Shown piece after piece: positions 1 to 8,576 of a DNA stretch of 64,000 nt (its first letter is position 1; every line of letters starts with the position of its first letter). Origin of the DNA: Candidatus Cloacimonadales bacterium (GTDB lineage: Bacteria > Cloacimonadota > Cloacimonadia > Cloacimonadales > JAIOQZ01); NCBI GenBank assembly GCA_963662655.2, contig CAXXTU010000002.1, positions 2,304,034 through 2,368,033 of the forward strand, written 5' to 3'. The notes beneath the pieces are model-generated. The model was not told the DNA's origin and did not search any database. It saw only the letters and a program-made list of their open reading frames with translations. The position numbers were made by a program, and so were the translations under genes.

Positions 1-1889
1 CTGAAGAACACGATAACGAAATCAGCGCTCGTTATCCAGTTATCGAATATTTCAGCCCAATTATCTTCATAAGCAACCATCGAATTGAAAATGACCGAAA
101 CCAGAACGCTTATCGCCATCCATATAAGAGAAATGGGAAAGATCACCCAGTAATATGAAGCAGCTTTGAAAAAGTTAGTCCAGTACAGTTGTGGGTAAAT
201 ATGCCTTGAATTGATACCGAACAATTCATGAAAGACGCCTTTTTGGTCGTCCGATAAACCATCCCAGAGATGTAGCGAAATCAACTTTCGAAAAACAAAC
301 AACAGTATGAACATGATCGCCAGGAAGGAGTCCTGTTGAAGCATGACTGACCAATGATAGGCCGTACCAACGGGCTGCGATGTAAAAAAAACGACCTGAT
401 TGATCGTCAGCACTAAAATGCATGTCGACAAGCCCAGGATAAACTCGATAGAGTTCTTCCGAACATAGACTCTCAAGTAGAATAAAACAAAACATATTGC
501 GCAAAAAATTACGAAAGAAATAATTCCCCAAATCAGTTCGAATACTTGCGCCATTTTCGTGATTCCGGTCCAACGGGTAAAAAACCACCAGTTTATAAAC
601 AGAAAAACAAACGTAAATATTTTTGTCCTGTATCGGTGCAGGTTATCTCTTTTCTTTCCGGGATCGACTTCTCTTGTGAAATGGTACAGCAACAGGATTG
701 CCAATATCGTAAATCCTTGGGATAAAAATGCCCCCATCCCCATTTTTATTGTATTATCGACCTCTAAGCTCTTGAGAGTCATGGAGATAAATCCCCAAAT
801 CAGTTCGAATACTTGCGCCATTTTCGTGATTCCGGTCCAACGGATGAAGAACAACCAGTTTACAAGCAGAGAAGCAAACGTACAAATATGTAACCTGTGT
901 CGGTTCAGGTTATCTCTTATCTTTCCGGGATCGACTTCTCTTGTGAAATGGTACAACAACAGGATTGCCAATATCGTAAATCCTAGGGATAAAAATGCCC
1001 CCATCCCCATTTTTACTGTATCATCGACCTCTAAGCTCAGGGGGATCATGGAAAACTTCACCAGGATTTCCGCATATGATTTCAACGGCATTAACAAAAC
1101 CGTAATGATGATCGAACATATCGCCGATCCAACAAGGAACCTCGCAGCACCCAGGCTCCAATGGCCGAATATTGATCGAAAATTCCTTATCGACTCTGCA
1201 GATTTTTTATATCTGAGCAAATTCGGGATCAAGGTGACCAAAATGCCTAACAGCAGGTTTTGAAGGATCAAGTACCTTGCTTCTACAATCTCCGTAGGGA
1301 TGAACTGGAGTGAGGCATAAGTAATATTAAGGGATATAAAAGAATTTAAAAAAAGGGAGTAGATTGCGAAAGCAGTCCGGTTTCTTTTTCTAACATTCCG
1401 AATTGCCATCATAGCTGCCGCGATACCGATCATAATCCAAACAGATAGAAAGGCTCTATGCCAGACAGAATACTGACGACCGGACATCTCGGTCAAACTT
1501 ACATAGAGAGCGAGGGTATTGACGAACAACACGATCGACATCCAAATCAAGCGTTTCTTTTCTCTCTTTTTCGGAAAGCGACTATGTTTGAAGTAAACCA
1601 AACTAGATGCCAGGCAAAGCGTAACAATTACATTGTAGGGGACAGACGCCCCCAAGAGAGTAAAATCACTGTAGGAAGATGATCCCTCTAGAAATGCTAA
1701 TTTCATCAAGACAGGGGATAACATCGATATGAGGCAGATTAGAACTGTAATTATCGCCAGTCCATTATACAAGTTGTTTGTTTTACGCACCTCGCGGAAA
1801 AGTACTGTTTTCCTTGCTCTGCTGATCCAATCGTGTTCTTTCTCTTTATAGAATGTTTCGAAATCATACTTATCTTTTACTGGCAGCAT
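1..1889 (-). CDS. Large polytopic membrane protein, at least 629 aa; the C-terminus runs off the window edge. Last gene of the SIR2/HD operon. Absent from the supplied ORF track.
   Basis: Manual reverse-complement translation from the ATG at 1889-1887 (GAGGGGAAAC directly upstream) is stop-free for 629 codons down to position 3. The protein begins MLPVKDKYDFETFYKEKEHDW. It has many hydrophobic helices, e.g. GLAIITVLICLISMLSPVLM, LIWMSIVLFVNTLALYV, WIMIGIAAAMMAI. It was probably not listed because no stop codon lies inside the window. Confidence 0.6.
   Translation of the reverse strand, partial: MLPVKDKYDFETFYKEKEHDWISRARKTVLFREVRKTNNLYNGLAIITVLICLISMLSPVLMKLAFLEGSSSYSDFTLLGASVPYNVIVTLCLASSLVYFKHSRFPKKREKKRLIWMSIVLFVNTLALYVSLTEMSGRQYSVWHRAFLSVWIMIGIAAAMMAIRNVRKRNRTAFAIYSLFLNSFISLNITYASLQFIPTEIVEARYLILQNLLLGILVTLIPNLLRYKKSAESIRNFRSIFGHWSLGAARFLVGSAICSIIITVLLMPLKSYAEILVKFSMIPLSLEVDDTVKMGMGAFLSLGFTILAILLLYHFTREVDPGKIRDNLNRHRLHICTFASLLVNWLFFIRWTGITKMAQVFELIWGFISMTLKSLEVDNTIKMGMGAFLSQGFTILAILLLYHFTREVDPGKKRDNLHRYRTKIFTFVFLFINWWFFTRWTGITKMAQVFELIWGIISFVIFCAICFVLFYLRVYVRKNSIEFILGLSTCILVLTINQVVFFTSQPVGTAYHWSVMLQQDSFLAIMFILLFVFRKLISLHLWDGLSDDQKGVFHELFGINSRHIYPQLYWTNFFKAASYYWVIFPISLIWMAISVLVSVIFNSMVAYEDNWAEIFDNWITSADFVIVFF
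526..1059. repeat. In-frame tandem duplication (2 x 267 bp = 2 x 89 codons) inside the membrane-protein gene
   Basis: The motif ccccaaatcagttcgaatacttgcgccattttcgtgattccggtccaacgg occurs at 526 and again at 793. The unit ends are near-identical and the middle has diverged. On the minus strand it encodes SLEVD[DN]T[VI]KMGMGAFLS.GFTILAILLLYHFTREVDPGK..DNL...WTGITKMAQVFELIWG twice. Confidence 0.85.
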
Positions 1890-1953
1890 AGTTTCCCCTC
1901 ATTTATTGCATTCGATAAAATTTTCAGTTTCTGATCCGTTTTTCGTAGCGATG

Positions 1954-3129
1954 TCAGATATCCCTTCGGGATACTTGAAGAGTCGCACAGAAAAGGAGGT
2001 AATTCACCCCAAAAGAGTTATACTGTGTCAGTTTAATCTGGTTTGCAGATAAACGGTATCGTATATTGATAAACCTCCTGTTCAGGCGATCGAAATCCAT
2101 ATTGAACACGTCCAGAAAAATATCACTGAGTTCAGTCGTGGATAGATTCGTGCTGAAATGGATACTATTCTTGCACAATCTCCGTTTGTCGTTCATGAGT
2201 TTATTCAAGTCAGACCAGGGGTGATTGTCGCTTGTTTCAATGTGCGAGTACTTTTCTATCAGAGCTTGTTGATAAGGTATTTTAGCCCATTCAGGATAAC
2301 TTAGTTGCAGAGTATCCAATCCTGCATAGTAATGACCATGATCGCTGTAAAACTGGACTTTATCATTACTTTTCCTTGTTGTTTTAGATGAGGATATTCC
2401 ATCCGGAAGACACATGAATCTTGGAATCAACCTCCATTTCATCTTATTTGGTTTTTTAGGAGATGATCGAAACCGAAAAAGCCCAATGATCCATGGTTTT
2501 TTGCGGAAAAGACCACAATTGATAGAGTGCAGCAGCACGGTTCGAATCGGAAGACGGAAACTTTTTCTTAGGTACATTAAAGCATTTAGTGGGTGGGGAT
2601 GTTTTGTACTTGAAAGATACTCGCTGAACGTACCGGTCAATTTCCGATGTGGCATCAATAACCAGAAGGCATATAGATTGCAGATCAACTCGACGACATT
2701 ATGGTCGAACAGCGTATTGTTTTCGGAGCAAGTGTGGCGGTAGAAATCAATATACCGCCTCAAGTACAAATGGCCGAGTTCGTGGGCAATGAAGCTTCGC
2801 TCCAAAGGTTCCAATTGGTCACCAAGCTCGAATGGGCGATTGCTTGAGAAATCCAGAATTTGTTGTTGATATCGATTCCTCCCCTGTATTGCAATCTCAT
2901 ATTCAATGAATTGATCTTGTCTTTTTTTCCCTAACTGCAGCAACACGGCTGGTGCACCATAAATGCTCATTGCATCAGGGTTGTATCTTATCCGATTGAC
3001 ATGAAAGCAGCGCATGGCCTGGATTATGGGATCACAAGTAGATTCAAACGGACAGATGTCCCTGATGTGATCGGTAATATGCTCAGAGAATACCGTCTGT
3101 AGTTCGTAATCAAAGTAAATGTTTCGCAT
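1954..3129 (-). CDS. ImmA/IrrE-family (peptidase M78 / DUF955) Zn-metallopeptidase domain protein with a ~230-aa C-terminal domain of unknown function
   Basis: HExxH motif ERSFIAHELGHLYL (aa 116-120) is followed ~30 aa later by ELICNLYAFWLLMP. This matches the family signature HELGH...E..aN.FA..LLMP. The start lies 14 nt after the upstream stop. Confidence 0.75.
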   Translation of the reverse strand: MRNIYFDYELQTVFSEHITDHIRDICPFESTCDPIIQAMRCFHVNRIRYNPDAMSIYGAPAVLLQLGKKRQDQFIEYEIAIQGRNRYQQQILDFSSNRPFELGDQLEPLERSFIAHELGHLYLRRYIDFYRHTCSENNTLFDHNVVELICNLYAFWLLMPHRKLTGTFSEYLSSTKHPHPLNALMYLRKSFRLPIRTVLLHSINCGLFRKKPWIIGLFRFRSSPKKPNKMKWRLIPRFMCLPDGISSSKTTRKSNDKVQFYSDHGHYYAGLDTLQLSYPEWAKIPYQQALIEKYSHIETSDNHPWSDLNKLMNDKRRLCKNSIHFSTNLSTTELSDIFLDVFNMDFDRLNRRFINIRYRLSANQIKLTQYNSFGVNYLLFCATLQVSRRDI

Positions 3130-3143
3130 GAAGTTTTTGTGGT

Positions 3144-4313
3144 CTATGTCTTATTCGCTTCATCGTACCGATTGAACAATTCTTCCAACTGGATTTTGCT
3201 TGTATTAGCAAGACACACAAAAGGATTTTGAGAGTTCCTATACGATGAGTTCTTTACTTTCTTTGCAGCCACTGCGCTTACAACATCAATCAGTTTCGTG
3301 AAATCCCTATCCGAATGAATCGTCTCAGCAAAAACCTCATGTAATCTTCGGAGTTCACTGGTTTCGGTTCTGACACTCATGTTGAATCTCTTTTTCAATT
3401 CTTGCATGCTGTTGTCGTTGACTGCTTTCAGTTGTCCCGGAATCCATACTCTTTGGATGATCTCACCCTTTTCTGGATGCAATACCCAAGAATCATTTGA
3501 AGAATTGATATAGAAATCTTGTTCAAGGTAATTATTAATCCCTATGCTAGTGAACAAGTTTTTGAGCGCATCGTCCTCCACGATACTGTCTGGAGTCTGA
3601 CTGAAAAATTCGATCATGAGTGGATACTGCAGGCAGATTTCTGGGCTCGTGTCACATCTGCAAAGTAGGTAATACTTCCTGCACAGGGATTCGTCGTGGA
3701 AACTCGGATATGGCCCGTATAGGCAACCCCTGAAATCGCTTTGTATGGTAGTTTTCATTTCGTTTACTGGGTTCGGGGTCAGAAATCTCCTCCGGAAGGT
3801 CATGAAGAAAAGGTGTGTATCCTGGGGAGCTAGTTGCATAATACGGCGGTAGCTAAGCCTTCCGAGAATTTTTGGAAAAGCTGGACCTTGAACGATGATG
3901 AAATGACTGGATTTATTATCGGGTTTTTTAATCTTCTTCTCCTCTTTCTTGCTCGCCTCAGCTTCCCTTATGCGTTTCACGCACTTGAGGATTTCTCTAA
4001 CAAGTGCATCCGCAAGCATCCTCTCGAAAGCGGCATCGATCAGTTTGACTTGTTGCAACCACTCCGTATTCTTGGGAGAGAGCGTCGATTGAGCTTCAGG
4101 ATAGTACCCTCCAATACCAGAAATCCCCATCGTTTCCATAATACCCATTTCGGGGAATGGAACGAACTGCGTTTGTGGTTCCCAGTCGAGAATATCGTTG
4201 TCGATATCCTTGGAATCGTCCCCTTCCGAGCTTGTTGTGGACGAAATACTGATAGCCACTCGAGATGGTGTTATAAACCATGAATATCCAATCCAGTACA
4301 AGGTTGTCATCAT
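3144..4313 (-). CDS. Hypothetical protein (no domain recognised); acidic N-terminus, lysine-rich linker, Cys-rich patch CRKYYLLCRCDTSPEIC
   Basis: Long ORF with a strong SD (AAAGGAGGT) upstream of ATGATG. The ATG at 4313 overlaps the upstream TGA by 1 nt. The track start at 4316 is a TTG. Confidence 0.6.
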   Translation of the reverse strand: MMTTLYWIGYSWFITPSRVAISISSTTSSEGDDSKDIDNDILDWEPQTQFVPFPEMGIMETMGISGIGGYYPEAQSTLSPKNTEWLQQVKLIDAAFERMLADALVREILKCVKRIREAEASKKEEKKIKKPDNKSSHFIIVQGPAFPKILGRLSYRRIMQLAPQDTHLFFMTFRRRFLTPNPVNEMKTTIQSDFRGCLYGPYPSFHDESLCRKYYLLCRCDTSPEICLQYPLMIEFFSQTPDSIVEDDALKNLFTSIGINNYLEQDFYINSSNDSWVLHPEKGEIIQRVWIPGQLKAVNDNSMQELKKRFNMSVRTETSELRRLHEVFAETIHSDRDFTKLIDVVSAVAAKKVKNSSYRNSQNPFVCLANTSKIQLEELFNRYDEANKT

Positions 4314-6556
4314 CAAACCTCCTTTAGGTGAATGCCTTTGTCGAAACAGACTTTCTGGAACCGATCCTTGAGATATTCACGGCCAACCGTATTCGACATC
4401 GGGTCGATCAGAATGATCCTTAACTTATACGCGACAGGTATGTTTGTCCTGAAATCTACTTGATGTAGTGGGATTGAAGCTGGTGTTTTGACAGACCAGC
4501 TTGCCGGGTCGCCCTCGGGGACATAAAACATTTCGTTGACAATCGGTCTTTTCCCGACCTTGATCACTCTTTTCTCAGGGTAGCCGCATACATGAAATGG
4601 CCCGATAACATCTACGAGTAATCTTCCTGGATGCTCAGCCTCGATCTGTCTCCCAATCTCAAAAATTTCCCGTTTTTTCTCATTCAGCCACGATTCGGCT
4701 TCATGCACCTTCTTGATATGCGAAGGAGCTCTTAGTATGTATGGCCCACCGAAGCATAGCATCGTAAATATTCTATCAAGCCATTGACCCGAGTTGTAAT
4801 ACGATTCGGAGTAATGAGGCGGATTCGATGACTTTCTGTCATGATCATAGATTCCATCATGACTCCAGCTTGTTATAAACGATTTATCGATAACAAGGCA
4901 GCATAGATTGAGGATTTGCTCGTAGATAGATTTCTGTTTGCCCGAGCGGCTGTGCTGATCCGCTGCCCAAATTCCGATCTCGAGTAGAATTTTCACTTCG
5001 AGTTGTAAATCTTCAGATTTACTTCTTGAAACAAACGGAATGAGCCTTTTGTGGGCCCCTTTTATCACTGAATCCTTATCGCCGTTGTTCAGGTTTTCCC
5101 GGAATGCGCATGCCCATGGAAACTCCTGATCGATCATTCGATATGTCTCAGCTATGGCACAGGCAAGCTTGAGGGTGCCAAAATCCGTGAAATATCGATA
5201 AATACGGCTCGCGGTCGATGCTTTTTGATCCAGTGAAACTTGCCCATTTTCTTCTTCCGCCAATTTCCCTTTTTTCGCTTTGCAGTCCTTTTTAGCTTCC
5301 TTTTTTTCTTCATTATTGCAATATCTGTGCGAAAAATCCCGATACTCCATGTAGTAGGTTAGATCGTTCAGGAACTGATCAAGGTATGGAGATTCGAGCT
5401 TGCGCTCTTCATTTAATACATTCGTAACGGTCTGTTCAACGACACCTTTTCGGAATAACTCTGCGAATTTTTCGTGGTTATCATCTTTGCCATTGTCTGC
5501 ACTCGATAAAGAAAAAAAGGATTCGACTGCTTCGTTCGAAAATCTTAGGATGAAATACGAGCACAGAATGTATTGCACAATTCTTTCCATCAGTCTCATT
5601 CTCGGGGAAAAGTATAACGTATTATAAAGGTAACTCCGCTCAGAGAGAAACCTGTAAGCAGCAACAGCCGATTTCCCGTGAAGGAAAATCTGTCCACCCT
5701 CAGTAGTAATCTCCTGGCCACTCAAGAAGTCCTTGAGCCACTGCATTGTATCACCCTGTCTGCCGGTTAATCCCATCCATTGCTGATCGCGAAAGATATA
5801 GTCGATCTTATCCGCATCGAACGGGCTGTTCATGATGCAATCGAGCCATGTGATCCCGCTTACGCCATCGAGCAATCTCTCGTACTCCATGAACTCCTCA
5901 AACGCTCTGTTACGGTTCTTCTCTTGTTCTTCAGCGCTACCGGAAACATCTTCTTTCATTGTTTCCTTGATCAGAGAGAGAAGCCTTATGCGCGTAAGTG
6001 TCTCATGGTGGTATGGCATATCGTTGAACGACCAGTGCAATTCACCGAAGACACGCTCGATTAAATGGGAAAAAGGAATATGCCCTATATCGTGCATTAA
6101 GGCGGTTATCACCAATCTTTTTCTCCAATCCTTGAATCTGTCTTTCAGTTCATCATCGTTTTTCAGTTCAGATATCGTTAGCATGCACTTCTGTAGATAC
6201 TTCACCCATGTTTCCGCGACGCGCATGACTCCTAGCGAGTGATTCAGTCTTGTATGTGTTGTTTGCACTTTCTTAGGGTCTTCGGGATTGAGCCAGTAAT
6301 CCTGAAGCGCAAGCTGATGAATCCTGTCTAGCATTGACTTCTGCTTGTTCTGCTGATCGGTAATCTTGTTGTACAGAACCAGAAGTTGCTCGCAGTCATC
6401 ATCTACGAAACGTTTTATGCTGATATCTATGAAGTTCTGGTCGGATGTACCACTTCCAGGTCGTGAATTGCATTTCGTTACGATGAAACTTTTCTCAATT
6501 TCCGTATCCGTGGGCCACAGCCCGTCTCCCGGTAAGATTTTTTTATATTTCACCAT
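4313..6556 (-). CDS. HD-domain phosphohydrolase of the SAMHD1/dNTP-triphosphohydrolase type, with a ~480-aa C-terminal extension
   Basis: Motifs RLNHSLGV (H106), ALMHDIGHIPFSHLIE (H155 D156) and DADKIDYIFRD (D247/D251). These parallel the SAMHD1/COG1078 signature H..HD.GH.PFSH..D.DK.DY..RD. No Walker A or DExH helicase motifs were seen, so it is not Cas3. Confidence 0.8.
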   Translation of the reverse strand: MVKYKKILPGDGLWPTDTEIEKSFIVTKCNSRPGSGTSDQNFIDISIKRFVDDDCEQLLVLYNKITDQQNKQKSMLDRIHQLALQDYWLNPEDPKKVQTTHTRLNHSLGVMRVAETWVKYLQKCMLTISELKNDDELKDRFKDWRKRLVITALMHDIGHIPFSHLIERVFGELHWSFNDMPYHHETLTRIRLLSLIKETMKEDVSGSAEEQEKNRNRAFEEFMEYERLLDGVSGITWLDCIMNSPFDADKIDYIFRDQQWMGLTGRQGDTMQWLKDFLSGQEITTEGGQIFLHGKSAVAAYRFLSERSYLYNTLYFSPRMRLMERIVQYILCSYFILRFSNEAVESFFSLSSADNGKDDNHEKFAELFRKGVVEQTVTNVLNEERKLESPYLDQFLNDLTYYMEYRDFSHRYCNNEEKKEAKKDCKAKKGKLAEEENGQVSLDQKASTASRIYRYFTDFGTLKLACAIAETYRMIDQEFPWACAFRENLNNGDKDSVIKGAHKRLIPFVSRSKSEDLQLEVKILLEIGIWAADQHSRSGKQKSIYEQILNLCCLVIDKSFITSWSHDGIYDHDRKSSNPPHYSESYYNSGQWLDRIFTMLCFGGPYILRAPSHIKKVHEAESWLNEKKREIFEIGRQIEAEHPGRLLVDVIGPFHVCGYPEKRVIKVGKRPIVNEMFYVPEGDPASWSVKTPASIPLHQVDFRTNIPVAYKLRIILIDPMSNTVGREYLKDRFQKVCFDKGIHLKEV

Positions 6557-6558
6557 AA

Positions 6559-8160
6559 TTAATCCACTAAATCCTTGAGGCTTTCGGTTAGATCAAGAGA
6601 ACCATCTGGTGTCAAGATTGTTACGAAACTCCCTTTCAATAATGAATTCCCCGTGTTTTCAACTGCCTTGATTTTGCTGAGCAAAGAAAGGGTTGGGGTA
6701 TCCTTATTCTTCCGACCCCAATTGTACCACGGAATTTCGAGTTTCCAGGCCATGTTAGCCAGATAATCAAGAATTGTTGAATCAGAATTCCCGGAGAAGC
6801 CGATTGTGCAAACACAGGAAATCTGCGATCCCAATACCCTCCATATCTCACTCATAATTTCCCCGATCTCGATATCCTTAACAACATAACCGGGGAATGA
6901 TATCGATATGGACCTGCGAGAACCACACTCGGGACAATGCTGAATTTTCTCGGCAACTTCCTTGAGTTTTTCAATCTCATCTTTCGGCAACGATTTATAA
7001 TGTTTTAAATCAGGAAAAAGCCCATCGTTCAGGGGCCCAATCAATGAGTTATATACGATCTCGATGTATTTTTTGAAGATGCTGATCTCATTCTTATTCC
7101 CACTGGAACCGTTGGGATCATTTTTATAGAAAATCCTGGCTTCCTCATTCTGATTCCGGCCAGAATTCTTATCATCTTCGTTAATGCGATGTAAAAGAAA
7201 AAAATTATCCCAGGTGCCATCCTCTACTGAGTCCATAATGCCTTTTATCTTGATATTCAGAGGCTGATTTGATTCTCGCAGCGCTTCAAAGACGGATATC
7301 TCTTTGTTGTAATTCGAGCAAAGGGTGTTCGAGCATACTACATGGTAAACATCACCTCGAAGTGTAATGATCCAGGGGCGTCCTTTATCTTTACCCACCT
7401 TGCTGTTGTGAGGTATCTTGGAAATCGCCTCTTTGCCGCTTACGACAATGCAGGGAATTTCATCCTTTGTGTTTAATTCTCGTGTCAAGGCGAGTGGGAT
7501 GGCACCATCGAAATTTGTCGTTAGCAGAATTATGTTCTGTCCAAGAAGCCTTTGTTTTTTTTCGCAAATGATTTCTCGGATCGACCTGTACATCTGGCAT
7601 GCTATATCGGTAACGGATTTTGGGGGATCAATATTATCAGCCTGTTTTCTTCTTGCTTTTGATGGATATTTACCTTCCGGAGATGACACGGATTCCTTCC
7701 AATCATTTTCCTTCATTTGAGCAATCACATCCATCTTGAATATCCAATCATAAAGAAAACTATTGCAGAATAACTCCCAAAGTTTGCCTTGCTTTTTCAA
7801 TTCACTGAAAAATTCTGCTTGGATAGGACGTGTTGGATACCGACCCTCTTTAACATGTTTCACGACAAGAAGGAATACTTCACTCTGGCGCATTTTTTTT
7901 GCAGCGTCCATGATTTTAATATTCCCTGCCCTCCCCAAAGCAATTTCGTTGATTACATAAATCGCGTGGTAGTATTCTTTGATAACTATTGGCGTTGCCC
8001 CAGATCCTAGAAGAAAAAGAGGAGCCTTGTTATTTTTCCAGCCTTGCCTAATTGATCTTCTGAGGCAATCAGGTCCGGAGTTGTTTTCAGTTTTTTTCTT
8101 CAATGGATCATCTGTCATTAACATTACCTTGCCATCATGATTATGACATTTTCCTTGCAT
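6559..8160 (-). CDS. SIR2-like (sirtuin/SIR2_2-type) protein with a split Zn-ribbon and a large insertion; catalytic His apparently replaced by Arg
   Basis: Motifs in sirtuin order: PLFLLGSGAT (aa 47-56, GxGxS-like), LLTTNFDGAIP (TTN[YF]D, aa 212-222), ITLRGDVYHVVCSNTLC (LHG-position plus first Cys pair), HCPECG (second Cys pair, aa 408-413), TIGFSGNSD (aa 452-460). The stop lies 2 nt before the HD gene start. Confidence 0.65.
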   Translation of the reverse strand: MQGKCHNHDGKVMLMTDDPLKKKTENNSGPDCLRRSIRQGWKNNKAPLFLLGSGATPIVIKEYYHAIYVINEIALGRAGNIKIMDAAKKMRQSEVFLLVVKHVKEGRYPTRPIQAEFFSELKKQGKLWELFCNSFLYDWIFKMDVIAQMKENDWKESVSSPEGKYPSKARRKQADNIDPPKSVTDIACQMYRSIREIICEKKQRLLGQNIILLTTNFDGAIPLALTRELNTKDEIPCIVVSGKEAISKIPHNSKVGKDKGRPWIITLRGDVYHVVCSNTLCSNYNKEISVFEALRESNQPLNIKIKGIMDSVEDGTWDNFFLLHRINEDDKNSGRNQNEEARIFYKNDPNGSSGNKNEISIFKKYIEIVYNSLIGPLNDGLFPDLKHYKSLPKDEIEKLKEVAEKIQHCPECGSRRSISISFPGYVVKDIEIGEIMSEIWRVLGSQISCVCTIGFSGNSDSTILDYLANMAWKLEIPWYNWGRKNKDTPTLSLLSKIKAVENTGNSLLKGSFVTILTPDGSLDLTESLKDLVD

Positions 8161-8213
8161 AATAATTTGCTTCGAGTAAGCTATATGTAAGTATCATCCC
8201 ATTCCAATAAATA

Positions 8214-8231
8214 TTGACAACATCCTGTCAA
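8214..8231. promoter_or_regulatory. Perfect inverted repeat TTGACA-N6-TGTCAA in the AT-rich region upstream of the SIR2 operon; candidate -35 box and/or operator
   Basis: The plus strand reads ttgacaacatcctgtcaa. On the minus strand the TTGACA (8231-8226) lies 66 nt upstream of the ATG at 8160. Confidence 0.3.
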
Positions 8232-8520
8232 GTTTATTTTGTTATGCATTATTGACTTATTCTTTACCGTTTCCTGCAATCAAGCTAGAGCTTAGTTATG
8301 CATAAAGCAAACGAAGTGCCGAAAGCCCTGAAATAAAATCTGGAGAATCAAATTGGATTTTGTGGCTGAAACTTCAGGTTTCATTGGCCATTTTACGATG
8401 TCGAGAAACACTGAAATCCCAATAAATGCTATGCCATTTTTGCACTTTCCGTAAAGCACTTCCATCAACCGCATAAATATTGGATAACGACATGAGCGAA
8501 ATTGAGTAAAATTAAACTTC

Positions 8521-8549
8521 TTGACATAACAAATCTTTGCGTTCTTAAT
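8521..8549 (+). promoter_or_regulatory. Putative sigma70-like promoter (TTGACA-N17-CTTAAT) for the 8577 gene
   Basis: TTGACA at 8521-8526 and an A/T-rich hexamer 17 nt downstream. The GGAGG SD and ATG follow at 8577. Confidence 0.35.
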
Positions 8550-8576
8550 TCGATTATCAAAATCCCAGGAGGACGT

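Noticed and set aside
559-1263. 234-aa plus-strand ORF with an obvious internal repeat
   Set aside because: It is the antisense shadow of the tandem duplication inside the long minus-strand membrane-protein ORF. Its translation is low-complexity and lacks an SD or start context.
4313-6556. Could the HD protein be the missing Cas3?
   Set aside because: Its HD motifs are SAMHD1/dNTPase-type (HDIGHIPFSH, DADKIDY), not the Cas3 HD type. I see no Walker A or DExH helicase motifs. It belongs to a separate low-GC operon and is separated from the cas genes by a 4.7-kb unrelated plus-strand gene and the array.
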